A stretch of DNA of 64,000 bases from Scyliorhinus canicula. Taxonomy: Eukaryota. The stretch covers positions 372,001-436,000 of the forward strand of contig NW_024055441.1 in the NCBI RefSeq assembly GCF_902713615.1, written 5' to 3'. Position 1 is the first letter of the stretch. Each line of letters starts with the position of its first letter. Positions 33,089-45,811 of this stretch are shown here, in pieces. Below the pieces are notes generated by a model. The model had not been told where the DNA came from, made no database searches, and worked only from the letters and a program-made list of their open reading frames with translations. The translations under genes and the position numbers were made by a program.

Positions 33089-33610
33089 ACTTTTTGTATG
33101 AGCCCCGCCGGCCCCTCATCCACTGTGGGTCTCAGCGCGCAGTAATACACGGCGCTGTCTGTCATCTTCAAATCTGTTACAGACAAGTGAAAAGTGCTTT
33201 GTGTCGGGTTGAGATTCCCGCTGAAGTGTTCAAAGCCGGGAGCCGTCTCGTTAAACCCATATCTGTCGGTTCTGAGCAGATACTGGGGAGCTCGGTGTGG
33301 ATACTGGCGATACCAGAAGAGGTAATAGCTTGTAGCTGAACTCGATACCGAGTAACTGCAGGGTATGGCTGAATCTTCACCCACTTCTGCATCGACTCGT
33401 TGTTCTTCCTGAGACACTGAGTCTCCCTTACTCATCCCTGAAAATAAACAACAGACACAAAGCGGGTTAGAAGGAGGAACGTCAGGAGGAGGAGTACCAG
33501 GACATGGAAATAAGAATACATTTGGGAATTGGGGGATTTCGAACAGCGGTTCAATATAACAAACCTGTGGTCAGGACAATAACCAGAGACAGGCAGCGTG
33601 ACAGCCCCAT
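33089..33610 (-). CDS. TRAV/TRDV: TCR alpha/delta V segment 6, apparently functional
   Basis: Leader exon 33610-33565 (MGLSRCLSLVIVLTT|gt); V exon 33437-33128 (DSVSQE...IPCSY...WYRQY...YYCALRP); RSS cacagtg-23-acaaaaagt. Confidence 0.95.
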
Positions 33611-35049
33611 GGTTCGTGTCTGAACTCCAGAAACAGAGACAGTTTTCACTGACTGTATCAGAGCTGCAATTGGAGAAGATGAAAAAGTTCTGGAGATGTT
33701 ATGAGTTCGAATCCGATTTCTTCGCTCCGCCCACTTTCACGTCTTAAAACAGTCGCTTCCTCTGGAACTGGTCGGTGATGTTTGATAAGTGATCAGAGAG
33801 CGCCCTCCTGTGGACAGAACAACCGCCCATTGGAAACACACACGGCCACGTGCAAAGACATGGACGTAAAACATCCATACAGACATGCACAGACACTGAA
33901 ATACATTCCAACAAGTGTTGACATGATTTTCGATTACATGCTAGTCTGAATTGCCAACGATGAAAGTAAGTGAATAGGTCCACCTCCCGTGTTCAGCAGG
34001 AGCCTCGTTTACAGCACAAAATCAACACAAACATAGACATGCTGATAAATAAACACAGTTATAGATCCCCAAACTGATCTCTCAAACAGACGCACAGACA
34101 ACCACTAAAGTAGATAAGGAACCAGATTAACACAGCCATAGAAACACAAAAGAGAAATGCCATCAGAGACACTATCAGAATCCTTGGACGTTTCAGAGTG
34201 AACTTTCTAAAATGGAATTCCCTAAGGTTGTCAGAGTGGTAATGTGTTAGATAGTAATCCTGGGATGTATTTTTCATTAACCATGAGGATCGATTTATAA
34301 AAACGACTACACAGAGGACTCTTTTGGAGAAAAGGTTTGAATGGATGGGTTTATATTTTGCAGACAAGCACATTCTGGGTGTATCCGTGATGTGAATGAG
34401 GCCGGTGAGGAAAGGATAGATGCTACACCCATTCCCGAGGTCTTGCATCGCATTTCAGGCAAACTTGTTGACAGCACAAGAAGACTGTTTCCATGGGCGG
34501 CCGGGAAGTGTGGTTCACGCGGACAGCGCCAATGTTCACAGGCAACTCAATGAAATCCCACTGTTGTTTTGATGCAGAAAGTCTCAATTATTATATGTGT
34601 TAAAGGAGACCCGTCAAATTCTTCTCATTCTGTCTGTAAATTGGACATTCTGAATTCTCCCTCTGTGTGCCCGAACAGGCGCCGGAGTGTGATGACTAGA
34701 GGCGTTTCACAGCACCTTCATTGCAGTGTTAATGTCGGCCTACTGTGACACTAATAATGATTATTGTCGTGAAATGAAGCTAAAGTGTTAAGAAGGGATG
34801 ATGTGGAGTCGAAATTAATACAGAGTAGCAAATGTTTATTTCCTTTTCAACCAATGGAAATAATTAATCAGGATTTTAAGTTTGATTAATTTCACTTCAG
34901 GTTTAGGTTATTAGGTCCATTCAATTGCTCAAATTTCAACATGTGGTTCCCATAGCTGCACATTCCTCTGTTCAACTAAGGTAATCAGAAAAATAAATTA
35001 ACAGCAATTGAGGCACTTTGCCATTTAGCTGCCTTTAACCTACACTAAT

Positions 35050-36530
35050 CTGCAATTAGCTGCAATTTAAATGTTGGGACCACCAGCGAAAGTGATGAAC
35101 TGGCACATCAATGGAAATGCTTTGTTGATAAATTAAGCCGTGCGAGGATTTATTAAGGGCAAATCGTGATTAATTAAGTTGCTTAAATTTTCTGATGAGG
35201 AGCAGAGATGGTTGGTCTGAGTATTTCTGTTGATGAACTTCCAAATAAAATTTGATAATGTGCTGCAGCGCCACCTTGTGAGCAATAATGGAGCTCCTGA
35301 AGTAAAATGGGCAGCAGCAAGATCGAAAGGAAATTTCCAGGAAACAACTAACAGCGTGGACCAGCTGTTTTTCGGAGTGAAGGGAGATTTGTAGTGAATG
35401 TTCCAGGGATCAGCATTGCGGCATTTTATATTGTCTGAGAGGGGCGATTTTCAATATCTATGGATGATATGAAATATGACAACATTGCGAACCATCGGTC
35501 GGATAATGTACAACTTCAAAACAACAAAGACAGGTTTGTGGAATGGGCGGGAAATTGGCAGATTAAATTTAGTGCAGAAAAATGTGAAATAATTCAAATG
35601 TCCTGCAGAATGCAGAAAGGCAAAATAACATAAAACGAATAATTCAGGATCGGAGGGAGCTTTGACAAAGGGTCATCTGGACTCGAAACGTTAGCTCTTT
35701 TCTCTCCTTACAGATGCTATAATAATATTCACTGTCACAAGTAGGCTTATTTTTCAATGAAGTTACTGTGAGAATTGCCAGACCTGCTGAAATGTTCCAG
35801 CATTTTCTCTTTTGGTTTTTGATTCCAGCATCCGCAGTAATTTGCTTTTATCAGAGAGACCTGTATGTATATGTAGATAACTTACTGGTGAGGGTAGGAC
35901 AATTGAGAGACCGGTCATTGAAACAATTAATGGGAATTATCAATGGGTATATAAAATACAGAGGAAAGGACGTTATGTTAAACTTGTATTAAATCCTGAA
36001 CCCACTGAACTGAAGCATTGTGGGTATCACACTGAGGGGAGAATGTGAGTCATTAGGGTGGGTGCAGAAAATGCCCACGGGAATGGCTCCAGAGGTGAGC
36101 AACTTAATCTACGAAGATAGATTGGACAAGTTGCGACTATTTCCCTTGACCATCAGGTTACGAAGTGATCTGACGGAGATATTCAAAATCATGAGGGCTC
36201 TAGACAGAGTAGATATGGAGGAAACTATCCCACTGGTGAGAGGGCCGAGTACCTGAGGTCACAGATTGAAGGAATTAGGGAAATAAGTATGGAGACATGA
36301 GGACAAACATTTTAACCCAGTGAGTGGTTAGGATGTGGACCGGACTGTTCGTTTGTGTGGTGATGGTAGGGTTTATTGATGCTTTCAAAGCAGAATTAGA
36401 TTATAATCTCAAAAAGAAAAACAATGCTAGACTACGGGGAAAATAATGGCATTCCGCAAATTGCATCATTAGAGGGCCGACGCATATATGTCGGTCCAAA
36501 CGGCCTTCTTCTCTACTTAAAACACCCTCT
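35050..36530 (+). mobile_element. Old CR1 LINE fragments
   Basis: Degenerate CR1 RT and 3' motifs (ttaaatttagtgcagaaaaatgtga; YEDRLDKLRLFPL..RLRSDL.EIFKIMR). Confidence 0.6.
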
Positions 36531-37104
36531 GACTATGTTTAATGGGAACGGCAGTGGGTTAGCTAGCATGTCACTGGGCCAGTAATGAGGCCATGTTCAA
36601 ATCCTGCTGCAGCTGACAGTGTGCTTGAAAAATGCAAATAGAATGGCCCTGTAACTTACCAGGTAACATGGTGAACAAACGCTAGCCTTGCCTGTGAGGG
36701 CCACATCTAGTGAAATATATTTTTTAAATCAATAACTGCAATAGCAAGGTTTGGCCAGTTGATGGCAGTGACACCGTGATTGCTGACATTACATGAAGCA
36801 GAGAATTTCTCAATTGTGACTGCCAAGGACCCTGGAAACTGTTAGGTTAGGTCAGGTTCCTGATTTTATGACAGCAGTTCTCAGTTGTTACTGTGGTCAA
36901 TCTCAGCTGTTAACATGATAAACTAAGGCCCATTTTATATTACACTGTATTGAGGAGGTTACGATAGCATGGAATCGGTTATTATAATGTCCATGTCTGG
37001 ATTGTTACTTCACTAGACTCAACTGATACTAACCAGAACTAGCTCCTGTTTGTATTACCTGAGCCACTGTCTCAGTTATTGCTTTACCTGAATCTGCCAC
37101 GTTC

Positions 37105-38050
37105 CTCAGGGTAGTGGTCTGGGCCCAACCATATCCAGCTGCTTCATGAATGGCCTATTGTCCATCATAAGGACAAAAGTGAGGATGTTCGCTGGTGTCT
37201 GCGCAATGTTCAACACCGTTTGTGACTCATTAGATGCAATCCATGTCAGAATGCAACAAGATCTGGACTATATTCAGGCTTGGGCTAACAAGTGGCGTGC
37301 AGGCGGTGCGCCTGTCTAACAAGAGAAGATCGAGCCATCTCCCCTTGACATTCAGTGGCATGACAATGGAATCCCCAGTATTAACATCCAGGGGCTGCCA
37401 TTGACTGTAAACTGAACTGGTGAACTCGCTGAACTAGCCATACAAATACTGTTGCGACCTGAATAGGTGAAAAGCGAGGAATCCTTCTGCAATAACTCAC
37501 TTCCTTACTCCCCAAAGCCTGTCCACCATCTACAGGGCACAAGTCAGGAGTGTAATGGAATACCCTCCACTTGTCTGGATTAGTGCAGCTCCAACAGCAC
37601 TCGAGAAGCTCTCCATCCAGGAGAGAGCAGTCCGCTTGATTGCTAACCCTTCTAAAAACATTAAATCCCTCCGCACCGACGAATAATGGCAGCTTTCTGC
37701 CGCCACATAAAAGATGCACGAGAACAACTCAACAAGGTTCCTTAGGCAGCACCTTCTAAACCCACAAACAGTACCTTCTGGAAGTACAAATGCAGCAGAC
37801 ACCTGGGATCACCATTTCCTGGCGGCTCCCCTTCAAACCACTCACCATCCTGACTCGGAAATATATCATCGTTCCTTCACTTTTGCTGAGTCAATTTGCT
37901 GGAATTCTCTCCATAACAACACTGTGGGTGCACCTATACCTTAGGAACTGCAGCGATTTAAGAAGGCAACTCGCCCTCTGAAGGGCAACTAGAGATAGGA
38001 AAGCAATGTTGACCTAACCAGCCACGTCCCCTCCCATCAATGAATTAAAA
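37105..38050 (+). mobile_element. L2/CR1-group LINE 3' fragment
   Basis: ctcagggtagtggtctgggcccaacc (PQGS.LGP) RT motif and an A-rich 3' end. Confidence 0.6.
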
Positions 38051-38358
38051 AATACAGTGCAGTAATAACAGAGACAGGATCTGGTCCAATATAGACAGAG
38101 ATATATGCTAAAGTAGTGATCACATGAACTTGTCATCAGAGAAATAAAAATTGATGCATGGATTACGTAGGCATATGAAAGATCGAACATTGGAATAAGC
38201 GTGTATTTGTGTGATTATAATCGTAAAAATACTTTGTACAATAATGATTGGAATAGGTCAAAATAACAAGACAGGAACCAGGCTCTTAGAACCGACAGGG
38301 ACACCGTTTCCAGAAATAATAATAATGATTATTATCATAAGTAGGCTTACATTAACAT

Positions 38359-38520
38359 GGCTGGTTTAGCTCACCAGGGTAAATCGCTGGCTTTTAAAGC
38401 AGACTAAGCAGGCCAGAAGCATGGTTTGATTCCCGTACCAGGTGCTGGAATGTGGCGACTAGGGGCTTTTCACAGTACCTTCATTGAAGCCTACTCGTGA
38501 CAATAAGCGATTTTCATTTC
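38359..38520 (+). mobile_element. Short tRNA-derived SINE with (CATTT)n tail
   Basis: ggctggtttagctca...ggaatgtggcgactaggggcttttcacag...; second copy at 44611-44785. Confidence 0.7.
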
Positions 38521-38750
38521 AATGAAGTTATTGTTAAAATCCACTCGTCGCCACAGTCCGCCGCCTGTTCGGGCACACTGAGGGAAAATTCAGAATGTCC
38601 CATTCACCTAACAAACACGTCTTCCGGGACGTTAATAATAATAGGACTACTAACCGACAATCAGAGCATTAAAACCTGAATGGCAGTTAGACTATGAGTT
38701 TAAGCATCACGTAAATAGCGTCTTTGTATCCACATTTATTGCATACTGAC

Positions 38751-39843
38751 TTTTTTTGTTTTGAAATAATTTTTATTGAAAAAATTTTGAATTTGTACAA
38801 CAATAACGCACCATAGTAAAATACCAAAATTAACAATAATATTAGCAATCATACACATTCGCCCCACCTCCATGAACAACAAAGCATTTTAATAACAACG
38901 CAAATTAACACAATATAAAGTTACAGAATAGAAACTACAATAAGGAACACCCCCCCCCCCCTCCCCCCCCGGGTTGCTGCTGCTATTGACCAAGATACCT
39001 ATCTTTGAGCCAGGAAGTCCAGAAAAGGCTGCCATCGTTTATAGAACCCTTGTACTGATCGTCTCAGGGCAAATTTGACCCTTTCCAATTTTATAAATCC
39101 CGCCATGTCACTGATCCAGGTCTCCACACTTGGGGGCCTCGTATCCTTCCACTGTAGCAGAATCCTTCGTTGGGCTACGAGGGACGCAAAGGCCAGGACA
39201 CCAGCCTCCTTCGCCTCCTGCACTCCCGGCTCTACCGCAACTCCAAAAATCGCGAGTCCCCACCCTGGTTTGACCCGGGATCTAACCACCCTCGACACCG
39301 TCCCCGCCACCCCCTTCCAGAATTCTTCCAGTGCTGGGCATGCCCAGAACATATGTGCGTGGTTTGCTGGACTTCCCGAACATCTGGTGCACCTGTCCTC
39401 ACCCCCAAAGAACCTACTCATCCCAGTCCCGGACATGTGGGCCCGGTGCAGCACCTTAAATTGGATGAGACTAAGCCTCGCACATGAGGAGGAAGAGTTG
39501 ACTCTCGCCAAGGCATCTGCCCAAGTCCCGTCCTCTATCTGCTCCGCGAGTTCCTCCTCCCATTTAGCCTTCAGCTCCTCCACTGACGACTCCTCCACCT
39601 CCTGCATTACCTTATAGATGTCAGACACCTTCCCCTCTCCGAACCACACCCCCGAAAGCACTCTGTCCATCGTCCCCCGCGAGGGCAGCAGAGGAAATCC
39701 CTCTACCTGTCGCCTAGCAAACGCCATTACCTGCAAGTATCTGAACATGTTCCCTTGGGGAAGCCCAAATTTATCTTCCAGTTTCCCCAGGCCCGCAAAC
39801 CTCCCGCCAATAAACAGGTCCCTCAATTTACTGATGCCCGCCC
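38751..39843 (-). mobile_element. 5'-truncated L1-clade LINE
   Basis: ORF2 C-terminus with CTRC...NHAHMFWAC; poly-A at left end; TSD tttattgcatactgac at 38735 and 39844; TTT/AAA target site. Confidence 0.9.
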
Positions 39844-41482
39844 TTTATTGCATACTGACTTTAAATGCACACAGTACAGTGATTGGTGGATTTTTCAAAG
39901 TTGCAACCTGGAGTGCATTACTGACCACATCACTGGACCGAGTCTGATGATGAAGTTCAGCCAATCAAAGTTGGTATGAAGTAACCATGTGTTTGTGACA
40001 GAAAGAGACAGCGCCTATTGATATCAGAGCAAATGTTTCAGCGCCTCTTGATATATCAGATTTCCCCCCAAATGCTTAATTACGGAGTCAAGCACCGTTC
40101 CAATATGAACTGGATGACGTTAGTGTGATGGCAATAAAAAAACGAAAATACTGAAATTGCTCTGCATGTCATGCAGATTCTCAGATAAACAGAGTTCACG
40201 TTTCATGCCCATGACTGAACATCAGCATCAGGTTCATTGCCCTGAAACTAACTGTATTTCTCTCGGAAAATATGACCGCCTGAGTAACACATTTGGCAGC
40301 ACTCCTGTTGCTGAACGGTTTGACCTGGGTTCAAATTCCACTCCAGGATCTGTTGACAGTGGGAGGAGTGTTCCTGCAAGTGAAACAGGTTGTTGATCAG
40401 CCTCCAAAATCCTTCAACCTCCCGGACCTTCCAGTGAGAGTGGAAATAATGTGAATGTACGAAAAACAAACCGATTTTCCATCCACTTTCTGGCCTGTTG
40501 AGACTTTCCAGCAGTTTATGTGTTTATTTTAGATCTATAGTACTTGTAGTGTGTTACCTTTGTACTAATGTGATGGGAACTGCGAACAGGTCTTGTCAGC
40601 ATTAACTTGTTAATGACACGCTCACCCCTGACTCTCAATTCTCACGGTGATTTAGATGAAATTCCTTCTGTTTTTTGTCTCCATTATTTTCATGCACTCA
40701 GCTGGATCGAGGGGAGCATCAGACCATAACAATTAGGAACAGAAGTCGGCCATTCACCCCTTCAAGCCCGCTTCGCCATTGAATATGTTCAGATTCATGG
40801 CTGATCGAACACTCACGAAATCCACATTCAAGCGTAATTTCCGTAAACTTTTATTTCCTTCGTGATTAAAACCTTTCGATCCCAGCCTTGCAAATGGTCA
40901 AGAACTCTGTCTCCACAGATTCCTGGGGTGACAAGATTCACCACTCTTTCAAAGAACAAAACCTTCCTCAAATCCGGTTTATTCTGTGTCGGTGCCCTCT
41001 GGGCCTACACTGTCCCATGAGTGAAAACACCCTCCTCACATGCACCCTATCTCACCCCCTCAGAATCTAAAGGGTGAAGGACAGAGCAAGTCTGAACAAT
41101 CTCTCCATCCAGCGAAAGACTGGTTCCTGGGACATCATTCGTTAATTAATTTAAAATAACCATTTTATTTATTTCCAATTAAAGGGCCTGTAGCGTGGCC
41201 AATCCAGCACTATGCAGATCATTGGGTTGGAAGGGGGAGACTCACACAGTCACGGGGAGTATGTGCAAACTCCACACAGGGATCGAACCCGAGTCTTCAA
41301 CGCCGTGAGACAGTAGTGCTAACCACTTCGCCACCGTGCCGCTCTCCTGGGACATCATCGATGTTTGACATTCCTTCCAACTTCGAAAAAAATATAACTT
41401 CACTCTCCTTGGATTTGTGCAGTGATTTACAACTGCCGGACCCGGGGACAGAGCGGGGTCTAATACATAGATACATAGAATC

Positions 41483-42062
41483 TGGTATCATAATAATCAC
41501 AGAGACCGGCTCCAGTGTATCAATAACAGAGACTGCCGGGCCCGGGTCAGACTGGGGTCAGGTATAATAATAATCACAGAGACCGCCTCCAGTGTATCAA
41601 TAACAGAGGCTGCCGGGCCTGGGGTCAGACTGGGGTCTGTTTTAATAATAATCACAGAGACCAGCTCCAGTGTATCAATAACAGAGACTGCCGGGCCCGG
41701 GGTCAGACTGGGGTCTGTTTTAATAATAATCACAGAGACCGGCTCCAGTGTATCAATAACAGAGACTGCCGGGCCCGGGGTCAGACTGTGCGTCAGGTAT
41801 AATAATAATCAGAGACCGGCTCCAGTGTATCAATAACAGAGACTGCCGGGCCCGGGGTGAGACTGGGTTCTGGTATAATAATAATCACAGAGACAGGCTC
41901 CAGAGTATCATTGACAGAGACCGCCGGGCCCGGGGTCAGACTGGGGTCTGGTATAATAATAATCACAGAGACCGGCTCCAGTGTATCAATAACAGAGACT
42001 GCCGGGCCCGGGGTCAGACTGGGGTCTGGTATAATAATAATCACAGAGACCGGCTCCAGTGC
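41483..42062. repeat. 78-bp minisatellite, about 7 copies
   Basis: Unit ggtataataataatcacagagaccggctccagtgtatcaataacagagactgccgggcccggggtcagactggggtct. Confidence 0.92.
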
Positions 42063-44136
42063 ATAGAGACTGGTGATAATATTCGGTGAAGGGAGGCGGG
42101 AACCTCATGAACAGCTGATTATAAGAGGAAGTGAAACTATCAGAAAGCAATGATGCTCCGGGCCTTAGCCCAAGCTTCATTATCATGCTGAGTGACAGGG
42201 ATCTGTGTGGGGAAAGCGGATGGAAACTTCATTGAGTGAGGCGCGTGTGATTGACTCCACCAAGGATCGTTTATACCCAATGGGAGGACAATTATGGCAG
42301 ACCCTATAATGGTGCATCTGTCGGGGGAAACAAAAACATCTGTTTCTTCTTATTGTTACCAACAGTTCTCCATTTACACAGACACGCGAGATCCGGTTCC
42401 GGCAGCTTATGGACACTACATTTATTTTGTAAATTTAGAGTATCCATTTATTTATATTTTCAATTAAGGGGCAATTTAGCGTGGCCAATCCACCTTTTAT
42501 CGCCAGTCTCTGTTACTGATACACTTCACAGCTTTGGGTTGTGGGGGTAAAGACAGGATCAGCACAAGAGCAAAGCTGTGTAATCATTGCATTTTATTCG
42601 GTCTCAATGGACGACAGAGGTAGATACAGAAAAGGTGCTGCGGCAATGATTAGAGATGAACCATCCAACTGGTCCCATTGCTCTCATCCTTCAGATCTTA
42701 ATACCTTCAAATATTTATCCATCATTTTCCAAAGTTGCTGTTAAATCTGATTCCATCATGATTGCCCCTTGTGTGTTCCAGTTTATAACAACTGGCTGTG
42801 TAAAAACTATCCTCCTGTTCAATACAGTAAATCTGTGTCCTCTGGTTACAGACCCTCCTGCCAGTTGTAATAGTCTCTCTTTAATTACTCTATTCAAACC
42901 TTGATGGTTTTGTTTTTGAAGTTTAATTAAACACATAAAGATGGAGAAAGATACAGAGAGAGAGACTGAAACTGAGCGAAGAAACGAGAAAGAGAGACAC
43001 GGGGTTGAGAGATAAAATCTGAGAAACAGTAAAGACAAATTACACAGGGAGAGGGAGAATGATAAAATAGCGAAATGGAACAAGATATTATTTCCTGGCT
43101 TCAGAGAACCGGGGAAACTCAATAACTGATCCACTGACCATCCAGTTTTGTCCTGGAATGGAAGCTTTGAACAGATCACAACAGGTTCATTTGTAAATGT
43201 CACCACAATGTGATCTGTGTGAGTCTGCACTGACTCTATAGGCCGCATTAACAGATGTTCTCACCAGATTGTGGTCCCTGGATTTATTTTCTGTTCAGAA
43301 GTGAGATGTGCGGTTTGGAACCGGCAGCAGAGAAACAGGAAGTTGTGTTACCTGAGAATGAAACAACAGGCGTCAGTTTCATGTTATCACCGTGAACAGT
43401 CTTCCTGCCTGTGAGGGTGAACTCACTCTGACAGCATCAAGAACACCCACACAGATTGCTGCCGGCCTCAGCATTACATTCACATCCATTCCCATTCCCT
43501 TTAAAAAGTTAGATTATTTGTTTAGAAACACAGTAACCGATCGGGAGATGCACAGATGATCTTCACTGGGCATAATACAAATAATAATCTGAAGAGATGA
43601 AGGGAAATTAAAGCAACAATCTGTTAACAGAGGTTACACTAATGTCGAAAGTTTGAAGTCACTTGGGGTGTCTGAGAACGAGAGAGAGAGAGGGGGGGGG
43701 GGGGAGAGAGTGGGGTGGGAGAGAGAGCGGTTAAGTGAATGAGCTGGTGCCTTTCTGGCACAGAATTTTCCTCTGATGACGTTTTGGTGCTTAATTATTT
43801 TCAGAAGTGCCTTCAACAAAAAAGATTTAAACACGAGGTGCCATTTAAAACTAGGTTCCAGACTCGGCCGATGTGTGCCTGTGTGAGTGAGTTAAGTCTG
43901 AGAGAGAGAAGAGGGTTCAACTGATTTAGGTGCAGCCTGAGACAGAGAAAGCGAGCTGAAACGATATGTAAGTAATTTGAAAAATATATTTGTCTTTTCA
44001 ATGGAATGGACAGCATGATATTACTGTCTAGATCACTCAAGACAATACATTACAAGTACATGTTAGGGGCAGCATAGGAGCGGAAGGTAATCTCAATAAA
44101 ATGTCGTCATCTGCTGAAAAATAATTGCAATTATTG

Positions 44137-44481
44137 AATAGAATAGAACAGTACAGCACAGAACAGGCCCTTCGGCCCTCGATGTTGTGCCGAGCAATGA
44201 TCGCCCTACTCAAGTCAACGTATCCACCCTGTACTAATAACCCAACAACCTCCCCCCATTAACCTAATTTTTTAGGACACTAAGGGCAATTTAGCATACC
44301 TAATCCACCTAACCCGCACATCTTTGGACTGTGGGAGGAAACCGGAGCACCCGGAGGAAACGTACACACACACGGGGAGGACGTGCAGACTCCGCACAGA
44401 CAGTGACCCAGCCGGGAATCGAACCAGGGACCCTAGAGCTGTGAAGCATTTATGCTAACCACCATGCTACCGTGCTGCCCC
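44137..44481 (-). mobile_element. Full-length HE1-type SINE
   Basis: Same head and CR1-like tail as the 26311-26650 copy. Confidence 0.85.
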
Positions 44482-45324
44482 TGGCAATGACCCACAATGA
44501 ATAATGATGTGTTCCAGACTAACCAGCACATATAGACATACAGGCGCGTACATAGACACACCTATCCACATACAGACACACACACAGACACACACACATA
44601 CAGACACGTAGGGGCTGGTTTAGCTCACTTAGCTAAACCGCTGGCTTTTACAGCAGGCCAGTACAACGGTTCGATTCCTGTACCAAGCTACCTGGATAGA
44701 CGCTGGAATGTGGCGACTAGGGGCTTTTCACAGTAGCTTCATTGAAGCCTACTCGTGACAATAAGCATTTTTCATTTCATTTCATACACACACAGTTTCA
44801 AACTCTGTCTCTCACAATCAGTGGCCACACCAAAAGCAAACAGAAATCCATTCAGCAAACGGGGTGAAAGACAATTCGGACCATGAAAGGAAACAGTGGG
44901 TAATTGCCACATATGTACACACGGCTGAATTAGTCATATCCAACACAATGGAGTGTGTGACTGTGTTGTGCAATGTGAAGTTCAATATGGCTCCTGTGTT
45001 TCTGTTCCTCAGCCTCGTGATGAAGTGAATGTCACAAGGTTCGCTCCAACCTTACAGCAAAATATTACACAGCCATTACCAGACCAATCACACAATACCA
45101 AATAGTTATTCATTATGCTTTTGTAAGTGAATTAAGTCTGAGAGAGAACAGAGACAATAATTAATCTAGATGTAGTCTGAAACAAAGATATGAGAACAGA
45201 TTGTCAGGAGGTTTCAAGATGTATTTGCCTTTGCAACGAACTTCCGTGACAGCTAATACTTATTGACTCGACAAAATGTATTCTTCCAAACACATGTGAG
45301 TTCCCCTTTCCACGCACGAGGCAG

Positions 45325-45660
45325 TGTTGCACTGGTATTGTCGCTGGACTAGTAATCCAGAGACCCAGAGTCAAGCTCTGGGGACCCGGGCTCCCACCAC
45401 GGCAGGTGGTGAAATTTCAATCAAGAATGATCTGGAATTAAAAGTCTAATGATGACCATGAAACCATTGTTCTGTGTAATCAAAACCCATCTGGCTCACT
45501 GATGTCCTTCAGGGAAGGACATCTGTCACCCTTAACTAGTCTGGTCTACATATGACTCCAGATGACTCCACAGCAATGTCGTTGACGCTTAAATGCCCTC
45601 AGGGATGGGTAAGAACTGTAGGATCAGCCAGCGACATCCACATCCCATGAACGTATTTAG
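45325..45660 (+). mobile_element. Shark SINE, tentatively DeuSINE/SacSINE1-like
   Basis: aaaacccatctggctcactgatgtccttcagggaagg...gactccacagcaatg...aaatgccctc core; family assignment is from memory. Confidence 0.45.
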
Positions 45661-45667
45661 TATATTG

Positions 45668-45811
45668 NNNNNNNNNNNNNNNNNNNNNNNNNNNNNNNNN
45701 NNNNNNNNNNNNNNNNNNNNNNNNNNNNNNNNNNNNNNNNNNNNNNNNNNNNNNNNNNNNNNNNNNNNNNNNNNNNNNNNNNNNNNNNNNNNNNNNNNNN
45801 NNNNNNNNNNN
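45668..45811. other. Assembly gap (144 N)
   Basis: Run of N; contiguity across it is not guaranteed. Confidence 1.

Noticed and set aside
32740-33127. C-terminal half of the 231-aa ORF
   Set aside because: It is read-through past the RSS of V segment 6 into non-coding sequence. The same applies to the extensions of ORFs 24861-25280 and 31724-32038.
18303-33610. NAR-TCR supporting V, IgHV or TAILV assignment; D or J segments
   Set aside because: The intact V segments have leaders and TCR alpha/delta-like frameworks, with no CDR1 Cys. I found no 12-RSS plus FGxG J motif by eye, and finer family assignment needs a phylogeny.
42100-43260. Exon-like minus-strand segments, one faintly resembling V FR1 (ESVQTHTDHIVV)
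   Set aside because: No WYRQ or YYC motif, no RSS and no consistent splice phase.
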